DNA of 64,000 nt from Candidatus Nomurabacteria bacterium (GTDB lineage Bacteria > Patescibacteriota > Minisyncoccia > Phycocordibacterales > UBA9973), in NCBI GenBank assembly GCA_021413905.1, contig JAIOPO010000001.1:73159-137158 (forward strand), given 5' to 3'. The position numbers and the translations under genes were made by a program. Shown one piece after another: positions 56,256 to 64,000 of the stretch. Each line of letters opens with the position of its first letter. Within the stretch, counting starts at the first letter, position 1. The notes beneath the pieces are model-generated. The model had not been told where the DNA came from. It did not search any database and worked only from the letters and a program-made list of their open reading frames with translations.

Positions 56256-57968
56256 ATGCAGTCAAAAGAAATTAGAGAAAGATTTTTAAAGTTTTTTGAA
56301 AACAGGGGACATAAAATAATTCCTTCTGCTTCGCTTGTGCCAGAGGGAGATATTTCCGTACTTTTTACTACAGCTGGTATGCAACAATTTAAGCCTTATT
56401 ATTCAAATCCAGAAAATGCTGATAAAGATTTTGGAAATAGGAATATTACTTCTGCACAAAAATGTCTTCGCACTAATGACATAGATGAAGTGGGTGATTC
56501 CACTCATAATACTTTTTTTGAAATGTTGGGTAATTTTTCTTTTGGTGGATATGGCAGACGTGAAGCTATTGAGTATGCTTATGATTTTATTAAAAAAGAA
56601 TTAGGGCTTGAAATTTCTTATGTAACTATTTATAAAGGTGAAGGCATTGTACCGAAAGATATTGAATCAGAAAATATTTGGCGTAATTTGGATTCAAATT
56701 TAGAGGTTCGTGAGGACGGTAGTGATGTTTTCTGGGGTCCGACAGGTAATAATGGACCCTGTGGACCAACTACAGAAATTTATTGTAAAAACGCTTCTGG
56801 TGAAGATGTTGAAATTTGGAATATTGTTTTTAATGAATATTTTTGTGATGGTTCTCGTGAAAAATTAGATAAGGGTGAGGCAAATTTAAAAAAAATGGAT
56901 GTTTTAGGTATTGATACAGGTATGGGTCTTGAGAGACTTCTTGCCACAGTACAAAAAAAGAAAAGCATTTATGATACTGATTTATTTTTAGAACTTTTTG
57001 ATAAAATAGAGCAATTTTCATCAATAGATAATTCAAAAGCAAAATGTATAGTGGCTGATCATATTAGAACTACAATTTTTTTAATTTCAGATGGTGTTTT
57101 TCCTTCTAATACTGATAGAGGATATATTTTACGCAGGCTTTTGCGTAGAGCTGTTAGATATGCGGATATTTTAGGTATGAAGCATGGCTCACTTGTTTGG
57201 CTCTCAGAATCAATAATAGAAAAGTATCATCAAATTTATCCAAATCTTTTGAAAAATTCTGAGATAATTAAAAAAGAAATTGAGAAAGAAGAAAATAAAT
57301 TTAGAGAAACTTTAGTTAAAGGTCTTAAAGAATTTGAGAAAGGAATAGATCCATTTATCTTAGCTACGACTTATGGTTTTCCAATAGAACTGACTCAAGA
57401 ATTGGCAGAAGAAAAAGGAACAAAGATTAATTTGGAAGATTTTAATAAACAGATGAAAGCACATGTTATACTTTCACAGACTGCAAGCGCAGGGATGTTT
57501 AAAGGCGGGCTTGCGAATCATAATGAAAAAACTGTTAAATTGCATACAGCGCATCATTTGCTCTTGGCAGCCTTGCAGGATGTTGTTAATAAAGACATAA
57601 AGCAAAGGGGAAGTAATATTACAGAAGAAAGATTGCGCATAGATTTTGTTTGTGATCACAAATTGACAGATGAAGAAAAAAATAAAGTAGAAAATTTAGT
57701 GAATGAAAAAATAAAAGCGGGTTTAAATGTTGTGCGTCGCGAAATGCCCTTAGCAGAAGCAGAAAAAATAGGTGCGCAGATGGAATTCGGAGCAAAATAT
57801 CCGGAAATGGTCTCTGTGTATTTTATTGAAGATGAAAAAGGAGCATTTTCAAAAGAATTTTGTGGTGGTCCTCATATTTCCAATACAGCTGAACTTGGAA
57901 CTTTCAAAATCCAAAAAGAAGAAGCTGTTTCTGCTGGTGTTCGCAGGATAAAAGCTGTGCTTTTATAA
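56256..57968 (+). CDS. alaS: Alanyl-tRNA synthetase, truncated form (catalytic plus editing domains, no C-Ala domain)
   Basis: 570 aa; class II catalytic core (FTTAGMQQFKPYY), editing-site HTAHHLL and CGGPH motifs; ends about 300 aa short of canonical AlaRS. Confidence 0.8.
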   Translation: MQSKEIRERFLKFFENRGHKIIPSASLVPEGDISVLFTTAGMQQFKPYYSNPENADKDFGNRNITSAQKCLRTNDIDEVGDSTHNTFFEMLGNFSFGGYGRREAIEYAYDFIKKELGLEISYVTIYKGEGIVPKDIESENIWRNLDSNLEVREDGSDVFWGPTGNNGPCGPTTEIYCKNASGEDVEIWNIVFNEYFCDGSREKLDKGEANLKKMDVLGIDTGMGLERLLATVQKKKSIYDTDLFLELFDKIEQFSSIDNSKAKCIVADHIRTTIFLISDGVFPSNTDRGYILRRLLRRAVRYADILGMKHGSLVWLSESIIEKYHQIYPNLLKNSEIIKKEIEKEENKFRETLVKGLKEFEKGIDPFILATTYGFPIELTQELAEEKGTKINLEDFNKQMKAHVILSQTASAGMFKGGLANHNEKTVKLHTAHHLLLAALQDVVNKDIKQRGSNITEERLRIDFVCDHKLTDEEKNKVENLVNEKIKAGLNVVRREMPLAEAEKIGAQMEFGAKYPEMVSVYFIEDEKGAFSKEFCGGPHISNTAELGTFKIQKEEAVSAGVRRIKAVLL

Positions 57969-57991
57969 TTTACTTTGTTATAATATAAAGT

Positions 57992-59164
57992 ATGAGTTTT
58001 TTTTCATCAAAAAAAGAAGATGAATTGGTTTTAGTTTTTAATATTGGCTCTTCTTATGTTAGCGGAGCTTTTTTAGAGATACAAAAAAACAATAAACCCA
58101 AAATCATTTTCTCTATTCGTGAAAAAATAGATGTAAAAGAAAATATTGATTTTGAATCTTTTTTACATTCTACTTTCAAATCAATTGATTTGATTTCTAA
58201 CAAATTATTAAAAATAGAATTTAAAATACCTAGAAGAATTTTTTGCGTATTATCTTCATCTTTCTATGCTTCACAAATTAGAACAATAACTTTAAATAGA
58301 AATACATCTTTTGTTTTCAATCAAAAAATGGCAGATACATTGATACAAAAAGAAATTTCTATTTTTGAAGAAGAATTTATAAAAAATAATATTTCTAAAA
58401 CAGAAGATGTACGTTTGTTGGAATTTAAAAGCATGCAGATTCTATTAAATGGATATATTTCTGAAAAGCCATTAAATCAAAAAATAAAAAATTTAGAAAT
58501 GTCTATTTTTGTTTCAATTGCAAATAATTATATTTTGAAAAATATAAAAGATTCAATACGAAGATACTTTAATTTTAAAGATATTAGATTTATATCTTTT
58601 TCAATGGCATCTTTTGCTGTTATTAGGAATCTTTTTTCTTATCAAAAAGATTTTATTTTATTGGATATTGGTGGTGAAATTACAGATATATCTTTAATTA
58701 GAAAAGATATATTATGCAGTTCCGCTTCTTTTCCTTTTGGAATAAATTTTATTATTCGTGGATTGTCTAACATCATGAAATGTTCTTTTGATGAAGCAAA
58801 GACGGATTTTATGATGTATAAAGATAATCATTTAACAGAAATTTTAAAAGAGAAAACTAGAATTAACCTAGAAAAAGTTGAAAAAGAATGGATTTTGAAT
58901 TTTGAAAAATGTTTATTGTCTTTATCAAAACAAGGCCATTTATCTTCTACTGTTTTTTTAACTATAGATAAAAAATACGCGGATTATTTTTCTGAAATTA
59001 TAAAAAGAGAACAAATGAATCAATATAATATGATCGAATCAAAATTCAATGTTATTTATGTAAATATGCAAACTTTACATAACCATATTATTTTTAAAGA
59101 TAATTCTTTAAGAGATGAATTTTTAGCCATAGATTCTATTTACATTAATAATTTTCTTAGTTAA
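57992..59164 (+). CDS. Hypothetical protein
   Basis: 390-aa ORF, AT-rich host composition, no motif recognised. Confidence 0.3.
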   Translation: MSFFSSKKEDELVLVFNIGSSYVSGAFLEIQKNNKPKIIFSIREKIDVKENIDFESFLHSTFKSIDLISNKLLKIEFKIPRRIFCVLSSSFYASQIRTITLNRNTSFVFNQKMADTLIQKEISIFEEEFIKNNISKTEDVRLLEFKSMQILLNGYISEKPLNQKIKNLEMSIFVSIANNYILKNIKDSIRRYFNFKDIRFISFSMASFAVIRNLFSYQKDFILLDIGGEITDISLIRKDILCSSASFPFGINFIIRGLSNIMKCSFDEAKTDFMMYKDNHLTEILKEKTRINLEKVEKEWILNFEKCLLSLSKQGHLSSTVFLTIDKKYADYFSEIIKREQMNQYNMIESKFNVIYVNMQTLHNHIIFKDNSLRDEFLAIDSIYINNFLS

Positions 59165-59173
59165 TATATAAAT

Positions 59174-60466
59174 ATGAAAAAAAATCTTATTCAAGATATA
59201 AATATAAAAAAAAATAAAGTTGTACAAAAAGAAATTCCTATCCTTAAAAAGGATGAATTTTATGTAAATACTAAATCAACTTCTTATCAAGAAGATTCTA
59301 GAGATTATTTTTTGGATAAAAATAAAAAAAAAGATGTTGGATCTAGTTTTGCGATTTGGTTTCTTGCTTTATTTGCTGTGATTTTTTTACTTTTTGCTGT
59401 ATCTTTTCTTTTTTCTAATGCGAAAATATTGATAACCCCAAAATCTCAAGATGTCACATTGAATGAAAATTTGTCTGCTGTTAAAGATTCTAATATTGAT
59501 GGGGTTTCTTTTAATCTAATAGCATTAAATGGGGAAGAAAGTAAAACTTTGCATGGAGGTGAATTACATAATGTTAATTTGAAAGCAAAGGGCAAGGTAT
59601 TACTTTATAATAATTTCAGTACAACTCCACAATCTTTGGCGATTGATACTAGGCTCGAAGGGTCTAATGGTAAACTTTATAAAACAGATCAAAAAATAAC
59701 TATTCCAGGAGTGAATAAGACTGGTGTTCCTGGTTCAATAGAGGTTGGTATTTACGCAAATGAGGCAGGAGAAGATTATAACAGTGATCCTCTTGATTTT
59801 AAAATTTTTGGTTTTAAGGGAACAAATAAATATGAAAAAATATATGCTCGTTCTGTAGGAAAAATAAATGGTGGTATGGTGGGTCAGATTTCTGAAGTCA
59901 GTGATTCAGAAAAAGAATCTGCATTAATAGATTTAAAAAATTCACTTCAAGCTAAATTGATTCAAAAGGCTCAAGATCAAATACCATCAGGTTTTATTTT
60001 GTTTAAAGATGCTGTCTTTTTAAGTATCGAAGATCAAAATTCTGAGTATAAAGAAGATGTTTTAAATTTAAATATCAAAGGGACTTTGTACGGTATTTTA
60101 TTTAATGAAGATAAATTAACTCAAAAAATAGTCAATGATGTAATTTCTAAAAATTCTGAAGATTCAGTTTATATTCAAAATTTAAAAAATTTAAAATTTT
60201 CATTAATAAACAGTTCGGATTTGATTGGTATTTCTGATTTAAAAAATTTAAGTTTTAATTTGTCTGGTCCAGTGAAAATAATTTGGAATATTGATAATGA
60301 TAAAATAATCAATGATGTTTTAGGTCAAAATAAAAAAGACTTTAATCCTATAATGTCTAAATATCAAAATATTGATTCTGCTGATTTAATAATGAGACCA
60401 ATCTGGAAAACATCTTTCCCTGATAAAATAAAAAAAATAAAAATTAATATTAATGAAATAAAATAA
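59174..60466 (+). CDS. Membrane-anchored hypothetical protein
   Basis: 430 aa; one TM helix (AIWFLALFAVIFLLFAVSFLF) after a short cytoplasmic N-terminus; large extracytoplasmic domain. Confidence 0.3.
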   Translation: MKKNLIQDINIKKNKVVQKEIPILKKDEFYVNTKSTSYQEDSRDYFLDKNKKKDVGSSFAIWFLALFAVIFLLFAVSFLFSNAKILITPKSQDVTLNENLSAVKDSNIDGVSFNLIALNGEESKTLHGGELHNVNLKAKGKVLLYNNFSTTPQSLAIDTRLEGSNGKLYKTDQKITIPGVNKTGVPGSIEVGIYANEAGEDYNSDPLDFKIFGFKGTNKYEKIYARSVGKINGGMVGQISEVSDSEKESALIDLKNSLQAKLIQKAQDQIPSGFILFKDAVFLSIEDQNSEYKEDVLNLNIKGTLYGILFNEDKLTQKIVNDVISKNSEDSVYIQNLKNLKFSLINSSDLIGISDLKNLSFNLSGPVKIIWNIDNDKIINDVLGQNKKDFNPIMSKYQNIDSADLIMRPIWKTSFPDKIKKIKININEIK

Positions 60467-60518
60467 GCTTAATTTGATTGACTTAAGTATTTAATTTTGT
60501 TAGAATTTGTGCATACAA

Positions 60519-60740
60519 ATGAGTGATAATAAAAATGATAAAATTTTAACAGGCAGAGGTGTGATAACTGAAGCTTTACCTAGTACATTGTTCCGTGTGA
60601 TGATGGAAGATGAAAAGGAAATTCTTGCTTATTTGTCTGGAAAAATGCGTATGAATCGCATCAAGGTTTTAATAGGAGATAATGTCGAAATTGTTTTAGA
60701 TCCGTATGGAGGAAAGGGCAGAATTGTCAAACGTTTGTAA
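60519..60740 (+). CDS. infA: Translation initiation factor IF-1
   Basis: S1-like OB fold; GVITEALPSTLFRVMMEDEKEILAYLSGKMRMNRIKVLIGDNVEI; start at ATG 60519 (the called ORF begins at an upstream TTG). Confidence 0.85.
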   Translation: MSDNKNDKILTGRGVITEALPSTLFRVMMEDEKEILAYLSGKMRMNRIKVLIGDNVEIVLDPYGGKGRIVKRL

Positions 60741-60886
60741 TTAAAGTTATAAACAGTTATAAAATTTGTGTTTTTTAAACAAATAGTGTATTATAGTAGT
60801 TACAGTTTTCAATAGAAATAAAACATTGAAAAATAAGGGTTTTCCCCTTGTTTTTCGGTTAATTTATACATATTAAAAATAAATTT

Positions 60887-60997
60887 ATGAAAATCAAATC
60901 AGCCGTAAAAAAAATTTGTGATAATTGTAAAATGGTAAAACGCCAAAGGCATTTACGGATAATTTGTACTAACCCTAAACATAAACAAAAACAATAA
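60887..60997 (+). CDS. rpmJ: 50S ribosomal protein L36 (not in the ORF track; 36 aa)
   Basis: Translates to [36 protein letters not shown] with the canonical C-x2-C-x12-C-x4-H zinc ribbon; sits between infA and rpsM as expected. Confidence 0.8.
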   Translation: MKIKSAVKKICDNCKMVKRQRHLRIICTNPKHKQKQ

Positions 60998-61001
60998 TTT
61001 T

Positions 61002-61382
61002 ATGAGAATACTTGGAATCACAGTACCAAACGAAAAGAGACTTGAAATCGGTTTAACCTGCTTCTATGGCATTGGTATACCGATGGCTCGCAAAATATTA
61101 GACAAGGTTGGCATGGATCATGGCAAGAAAGCAAAAGATTTGACACCAGAAGAAGAAAATCAAATCCGTGCAATTATCGAAGCTATGACAATCGAAGGTA
61201 ATCTAAAACGTGAAATTTCTGCAAATATAAAAAGATTGAAAGATATCAAAACTCACCGAGGTGTCAGACATATGAAGAGATTGCCTGTAAGAGGACAAAG
61301 AACAAAAACAAATTCAAGAACAGTCCGAGGTAATGTACGCAGAACAATGGCATCAGGTAAGAGAAAAGAAAGTAAAACATAA
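61002..61382 (+). CDS. rpsM: 30S ribosomal protein S13
   Basis: 126 aa; MRILGITVPNEKRLEIGLTCFYGIG consensus N-terminus. Confidence 0.9.
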   Translation: MRILGITVPNEKRLEIGLTCFYGIGIPMARKILDKVGMDHGKKAKDLTPEEENQIRAIIEAMTIEGNLKREISANIKRLKDIKTHRGVRHMKRLPVRGQRTKTNSRTVRGNVRRTMASGKRKESKT

Positions 61383-61395
61383 AATAATATTATAT

Positions 61396-61824
61396 ATGGC
61401 ACAAAAACAAGTAACAAATGAAATAGAAACTCCAGTAGAAGAAGTAAAAGCAACTCCTTCAAAAACAGCAAAGAAAAAAATATCTGCTGGTATTTTAAAT
61501 ATTGATGCTACTTTCAATAACACAAAAGTTATTTTTGCAGACAAAATGGGCAATTTGTTGTTTTGGTCAAGTGCTGGTTCTTTAGGTTTTAAGGGTGCTA
61601 AAAAAGGTACTCCTTTTGCTGCTTCAAAAGTAGGAGATATTATTGGAGGTAAAGCTGCAGCTCTTGGAATAAAAGAAGCTGATGTTGTTGTTCGCGGTGT
61701 TGGTTCTGGAAGAGAGCCTGTTATAAGAGCATTTATGGCTTACAATATAGAAATCACTTCCATTAAAGATGCGACACCTGTTCCACACAATGGTCCAAAA
61801 GCAAAAAAACCTAGAAGAGTATAA
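61396..61824 (+). CDS. rpsK: 30S ribosomal protein S11
   Basis: GILNIDATFNNTKVIFADKMGN ... S11 consensus; start at MAQKQ (61396). Confidence 0.9.
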   Translation: MAQKQVTNEIETPVEEVKATPSKTAKKKISAGILNIDATFNNTKVIFADKMGNLLFWSSAGSLGFKGAKKGTPFAASKVGDIIGGKAAALGIKEADVVVRGVGSGREPVIRAFMAYNIEITSIKDATPVPHNGPKAKKPRRV

Positions 61825-61842
61825 TAATTAAATTAAAAATAT

Positions 61843-62445
61843 ATGATACCAAAACCAAAATTTAAAATTTGTAGAAGATTAGGTCCAGGAGTTTATGACA
61901 AATGTCAGACTTCTAAATTTTCAAATGCTTCCAAGAAATTAGCAGTGGGTGCAAAACGTCCAAAAGCTCTTTCCGAATACGGTTTAGGTTTAGTTGAAAA
62001 ACAAAAAGTTCGTTTTTCTTATGGTATTTCTGAAAGACAACTTTCAAATTATGTAAAGAAAGCTACTGTTACAAAAGGTGCAGGTACTGCAGAAAAATTC
62101 TTTGAAGGTCTTGAGTCTCGTTTAGACAATGTTATTTATAGAATGGGATTAGCAAATTCAAGAAGAGGTGCTAGACAAATGGTATCTCACGGTCATTTTA
62201 TAGTTAATAATCATAAAGTTACAATTCCTTCATATGAAGTTCGCACAGGAGATATTGTTAAAATCCGTGAAGGTTCAAAAAATACAAGATTGTTCGATAA
62301 TTTAGCGGAAAAATTAAAAGATTATCATGCACCTTCTTGGTTATCATTTGATCCAGCAAAGATGGAAGGAAAGATTACAGCAAAGCCGACAAATACTGAA
62401 ACATTTTTAGATTTGAACGCTGTACTTGAATTCTACAGTCGTTAA
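61843..62445 (+). CDS. rpsD: 30S ribosomal protein S4
   Basis: 200 aa; S4 domain RLDNVIYRMGLANSRRGARQMVSHGHF. Confidence 0.9.
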   Translation: MIPKPKFKICRRLGPGVYDKCQTSKFSNASKKLAVGAKRPKALSEYGLGLVEKQKVRFSYGISERQLSNYVKKATVTKGAGTAEKFFEGLESRLDNVIYRMGLANSRRGARQMVSHGHFIVNNHKVTIPSYEVRTGDIVKIREGSKNTRLFDNLAEKLKDYHAPSWLSFDPAKMEGKITAKPTNTETFLDLNAVLEFYSR

Positions 62446-62488
62446 TTAATTTATTATTAAAATTTAACAATTAACTTTTTATAAAAAC

Positions 62489-63472
62489 ATGCCTGAATAT
62501 AAAATAATTTTACCTTCAAAACCTCGTGCGGTTTTAGAAGAGGGAAATAAAGGAGTATTTGAAATAGACGGTCTGTATCCTGGATACGGACATACTTTGG
62601 GTAACAGTTTAAGAAGAATCATTTTATCTTCTTTGCCTGGTGCAAGTGTCACATCAATCAAGATTGATGGCGTTTCTCATGAATTTTCTACAATGGATGG
62701 TATTAAAGAAGATGTTATTGTTATGATTTTGAATCTTAAAAAGACTCGTTTCAAAATGATTACAGATGAACCTCAAACAGTATCTATTTCTGTTAAAGGC
62801 CCACAAATCGTAACAGCTGCTGATATAAAAACATCTGGTCAAGTAGAAGTATTAAATCCTGATTTGTATATTGCTGAAGTTACTGGAAAAATAAATTTAA
62901 ATATTGAATTAAATATAGAAAAAGGTCTTGGTTTTATTCCAAAAGAAGTTTTGCAAAAAGATAAAGTTGATGTAGGTACTATCGCTGTAGATGGTATTTT
63001 TACACCTATTCGTCGTGTTGCTTATGAAGTTGAAAACATGCGCGTAGGAGATAGAACAAACCACAATCGTCTTAGAATGACTATCGAAACAGATGGCACA
63101 CTTGCTCCTCGTGAAGTTCTTGCAAAATCAATTGAAATAATGATTAATCAATTGAAAGCCATCGTTGATTTTAAAGAAGTTGAAGAAGAAATAAAAATTG
63201 AAAAAAAATCTTCAAAAAAAGAAGAAGTTGATATGTCTGAAGATGAAGATAAAAAGGATGAAGATATCACAGACGTATTGAAAACAAGAATAGATAATTT
63301 AGATCTTTCCACAAGAACATTGAATGCTTTGACTGCTGCAAATATCCGTACTATCGGAGGTCTTGCTCGCAAGAAAAGAGATGATTTGCTTGAAGTGGAA
63401 GGTATCGGAGAAAAAGGTATTACAGAAATTAAAAAAGTACTTGGTAAGTTCGGCCTTAGTTTGAAAGAATAA
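62489..63472 (+). CDS. rpoA: DNA-directed RNA polymerase alpha subunit
   Basis: 327 aa; N-terminal dimerisation domain (GYGHTLGNSLRRILLSS) and C-terminal alpha-CTD (LDLSTRTLNAL). Confidence 0.9.
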   Translation: MPEYKIILPSKPRAVLEEGNKGVFEIDGLYPGYGHTLGNSLRRIILSSLPGASVTSIKIDGVSHEFSTMDGIKEDVIVMILNLKKTRFKMITDEPQTVSISVKGPQIVTAADIKTSGQVEVLNPDLYIAEVTGKINLNIELNIEKGLGFIPKEVLQKDKVDVGTIAVDGIFTPIRRVAYEVENMRVGDRTNHNRLRMTIETDGTLAPREVLAKSIEIMINQLKAIVDFKEVEEEIKIEKKSSKKEEVDMSEDEDKKDEDITDVLKTRIDNLDLSTRTLNALTAANIRTIGGLARKKRDDLLEVEGIGEKGITEIKKVLGKFGLSLKE

Positions 63473-63479
63473 AAAATAT

Positions 63480-63833
63480 ATGAGACATCACAACAGTAAA
63501 AGAAAATTTGGAAGAGAAAAAAATCAAAGAAATGCTTTGGTGAATTCTTTAGCGCTCAATTTGATTGTGCGTGAAAAAATAAAAACAACTTTGCCAAAAG
63601 CAAAAGAGTTAAAACCATTCATTGAGAAATTGGTTACAAAAGCAAAAAAAGCAGATGTTGCTTCTCGCAGATTGCTCGCTTCCAAGCTGACAAATCGCAA
63701 AAAAGAAGTAAAGAAATTGGTTGATGTTATCGCGCCTAGATATATTGATAGAAAAGGTGGATACACAAGATTATTAAAACTTGGAGTTCGAAAATCTGAC
63801 GGAGCAGAAATGGCTGTCATAGAATTTGTGTAA
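63480..63833 (+). CDS. rplQ: 50S ribosomal protein L17
   Basis: 117 aa; MRHHNSKRKFGREKNQRNAL consensus start. Confidence 0.9.
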   Translation: MRHHNSKRKFGREKNQRNALVNSLALNLIVREKIKTTLPKAKELKPFIEKLVTKAKKADVASRRLLASKLTNRKKEVKKLVDVIAPRYIDRKGGYTRLLKLGVRKSDGAEMAVIEFV

Positions 63834-63863
63834 TTTTAAGAAATGGTTTAATATAAAAAAGTT

Positions 63864-64000
63864 ATGAAAAAACACGACGAAAAAGTAATAGATGCAAATG
63901 GTAGAACTCTAGGTAGAGTGGCTAGTGAAGCCGCTATGTCTTTGATGGGTAAAACAAAAGCAACTTTCGAAAGAAATGTTTATTCTGGTTTACCTGTTAA
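63864..64000 (+). CDS. rplM: 50S ribosomal protein L13 (5' part; runs off the window)
   Basis: MKKHDEKVIDANGRTLGRVASEAAMSLMGK matches the L13 N-terminus; truncated by the window end. Confidence 0.7.
   Translation, partial: MKKHDEKVIDANGRTLGRVASEAAMSLMGKTKATFERNVYSGLPV

Noticed and set aside
1-64000. Searched for rRNA genes and CRISPR arrays
   Set aside because: No rRNA-like conserved stretches and no regularly spaced direct repeats with unique spacers were seen

Overview
This 64-kb window is AT-rich and encodes small proteins, and it looks like part of a reduced bacterial genome. Several hallmarks point to a CPR/Patescibacteria-like host, though that is inference: truncated ValRS and AlaRS, a split transketolase, a lamin-tail-domain surface protein and a HARE-HTH protein. 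Most of the window is housekeeping. It holds a dcw-type cluster (mraZ-rsmH-ftsL-ftsI-murF), ftsA-ftsZ, trxB, the primary sigma factor, lysS, greA, valS, tsaD, pentose-phosphate and glycolysis genes (gap, rpiB, rpe, split tkt), typA, mnmA, a truncated alaS, and the ribosomal infA-rpmJ-rpsM-rpsK-rpsD-rpoA-rplQ-rplM block. There are also four tRNAs: Arg-CCU, Phe-GAA, Val-GAC (minus strand) and Glu-UUC. The main accessory feature is a roughly 13.8-kb block of clearly higher GC at about 8783-22607, inserted at the 3' end of tRNA-Glu. It carries a large serine recombinase whose C-terminus overlaps the tRNA, an excisionase-like HTH protein and a complete Type III restriction-modification pair (mod/res). 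Between them sits a minus-strand operon of uncharacterised genes: a zinc-ribbon protein, a P-loop NTPase, a TPR protein and small ORFs. These could be a replication module or a novel defence module. The same 9-bp sequence TAGGGTCAC found at the tRNA 3' end recurs at the right-hand GC boundary. Other accessory loci are a SF1/DUF2075-like nuclease-ATPase convergent with an HExxH protein just outside the island; an orphan Rhs core plus C-terminal toxin module with two candidate immunity ORFs; and degenerate 5'-half pseudo-copies of tRNA-Phe and tRNA-Glu upstream of the intact genes. The mraZ promoter shows GTGGG direct repeats at 10-bp spacing. All coordinates come from manual reading of the sequence and ORF track. 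No database searches were run.
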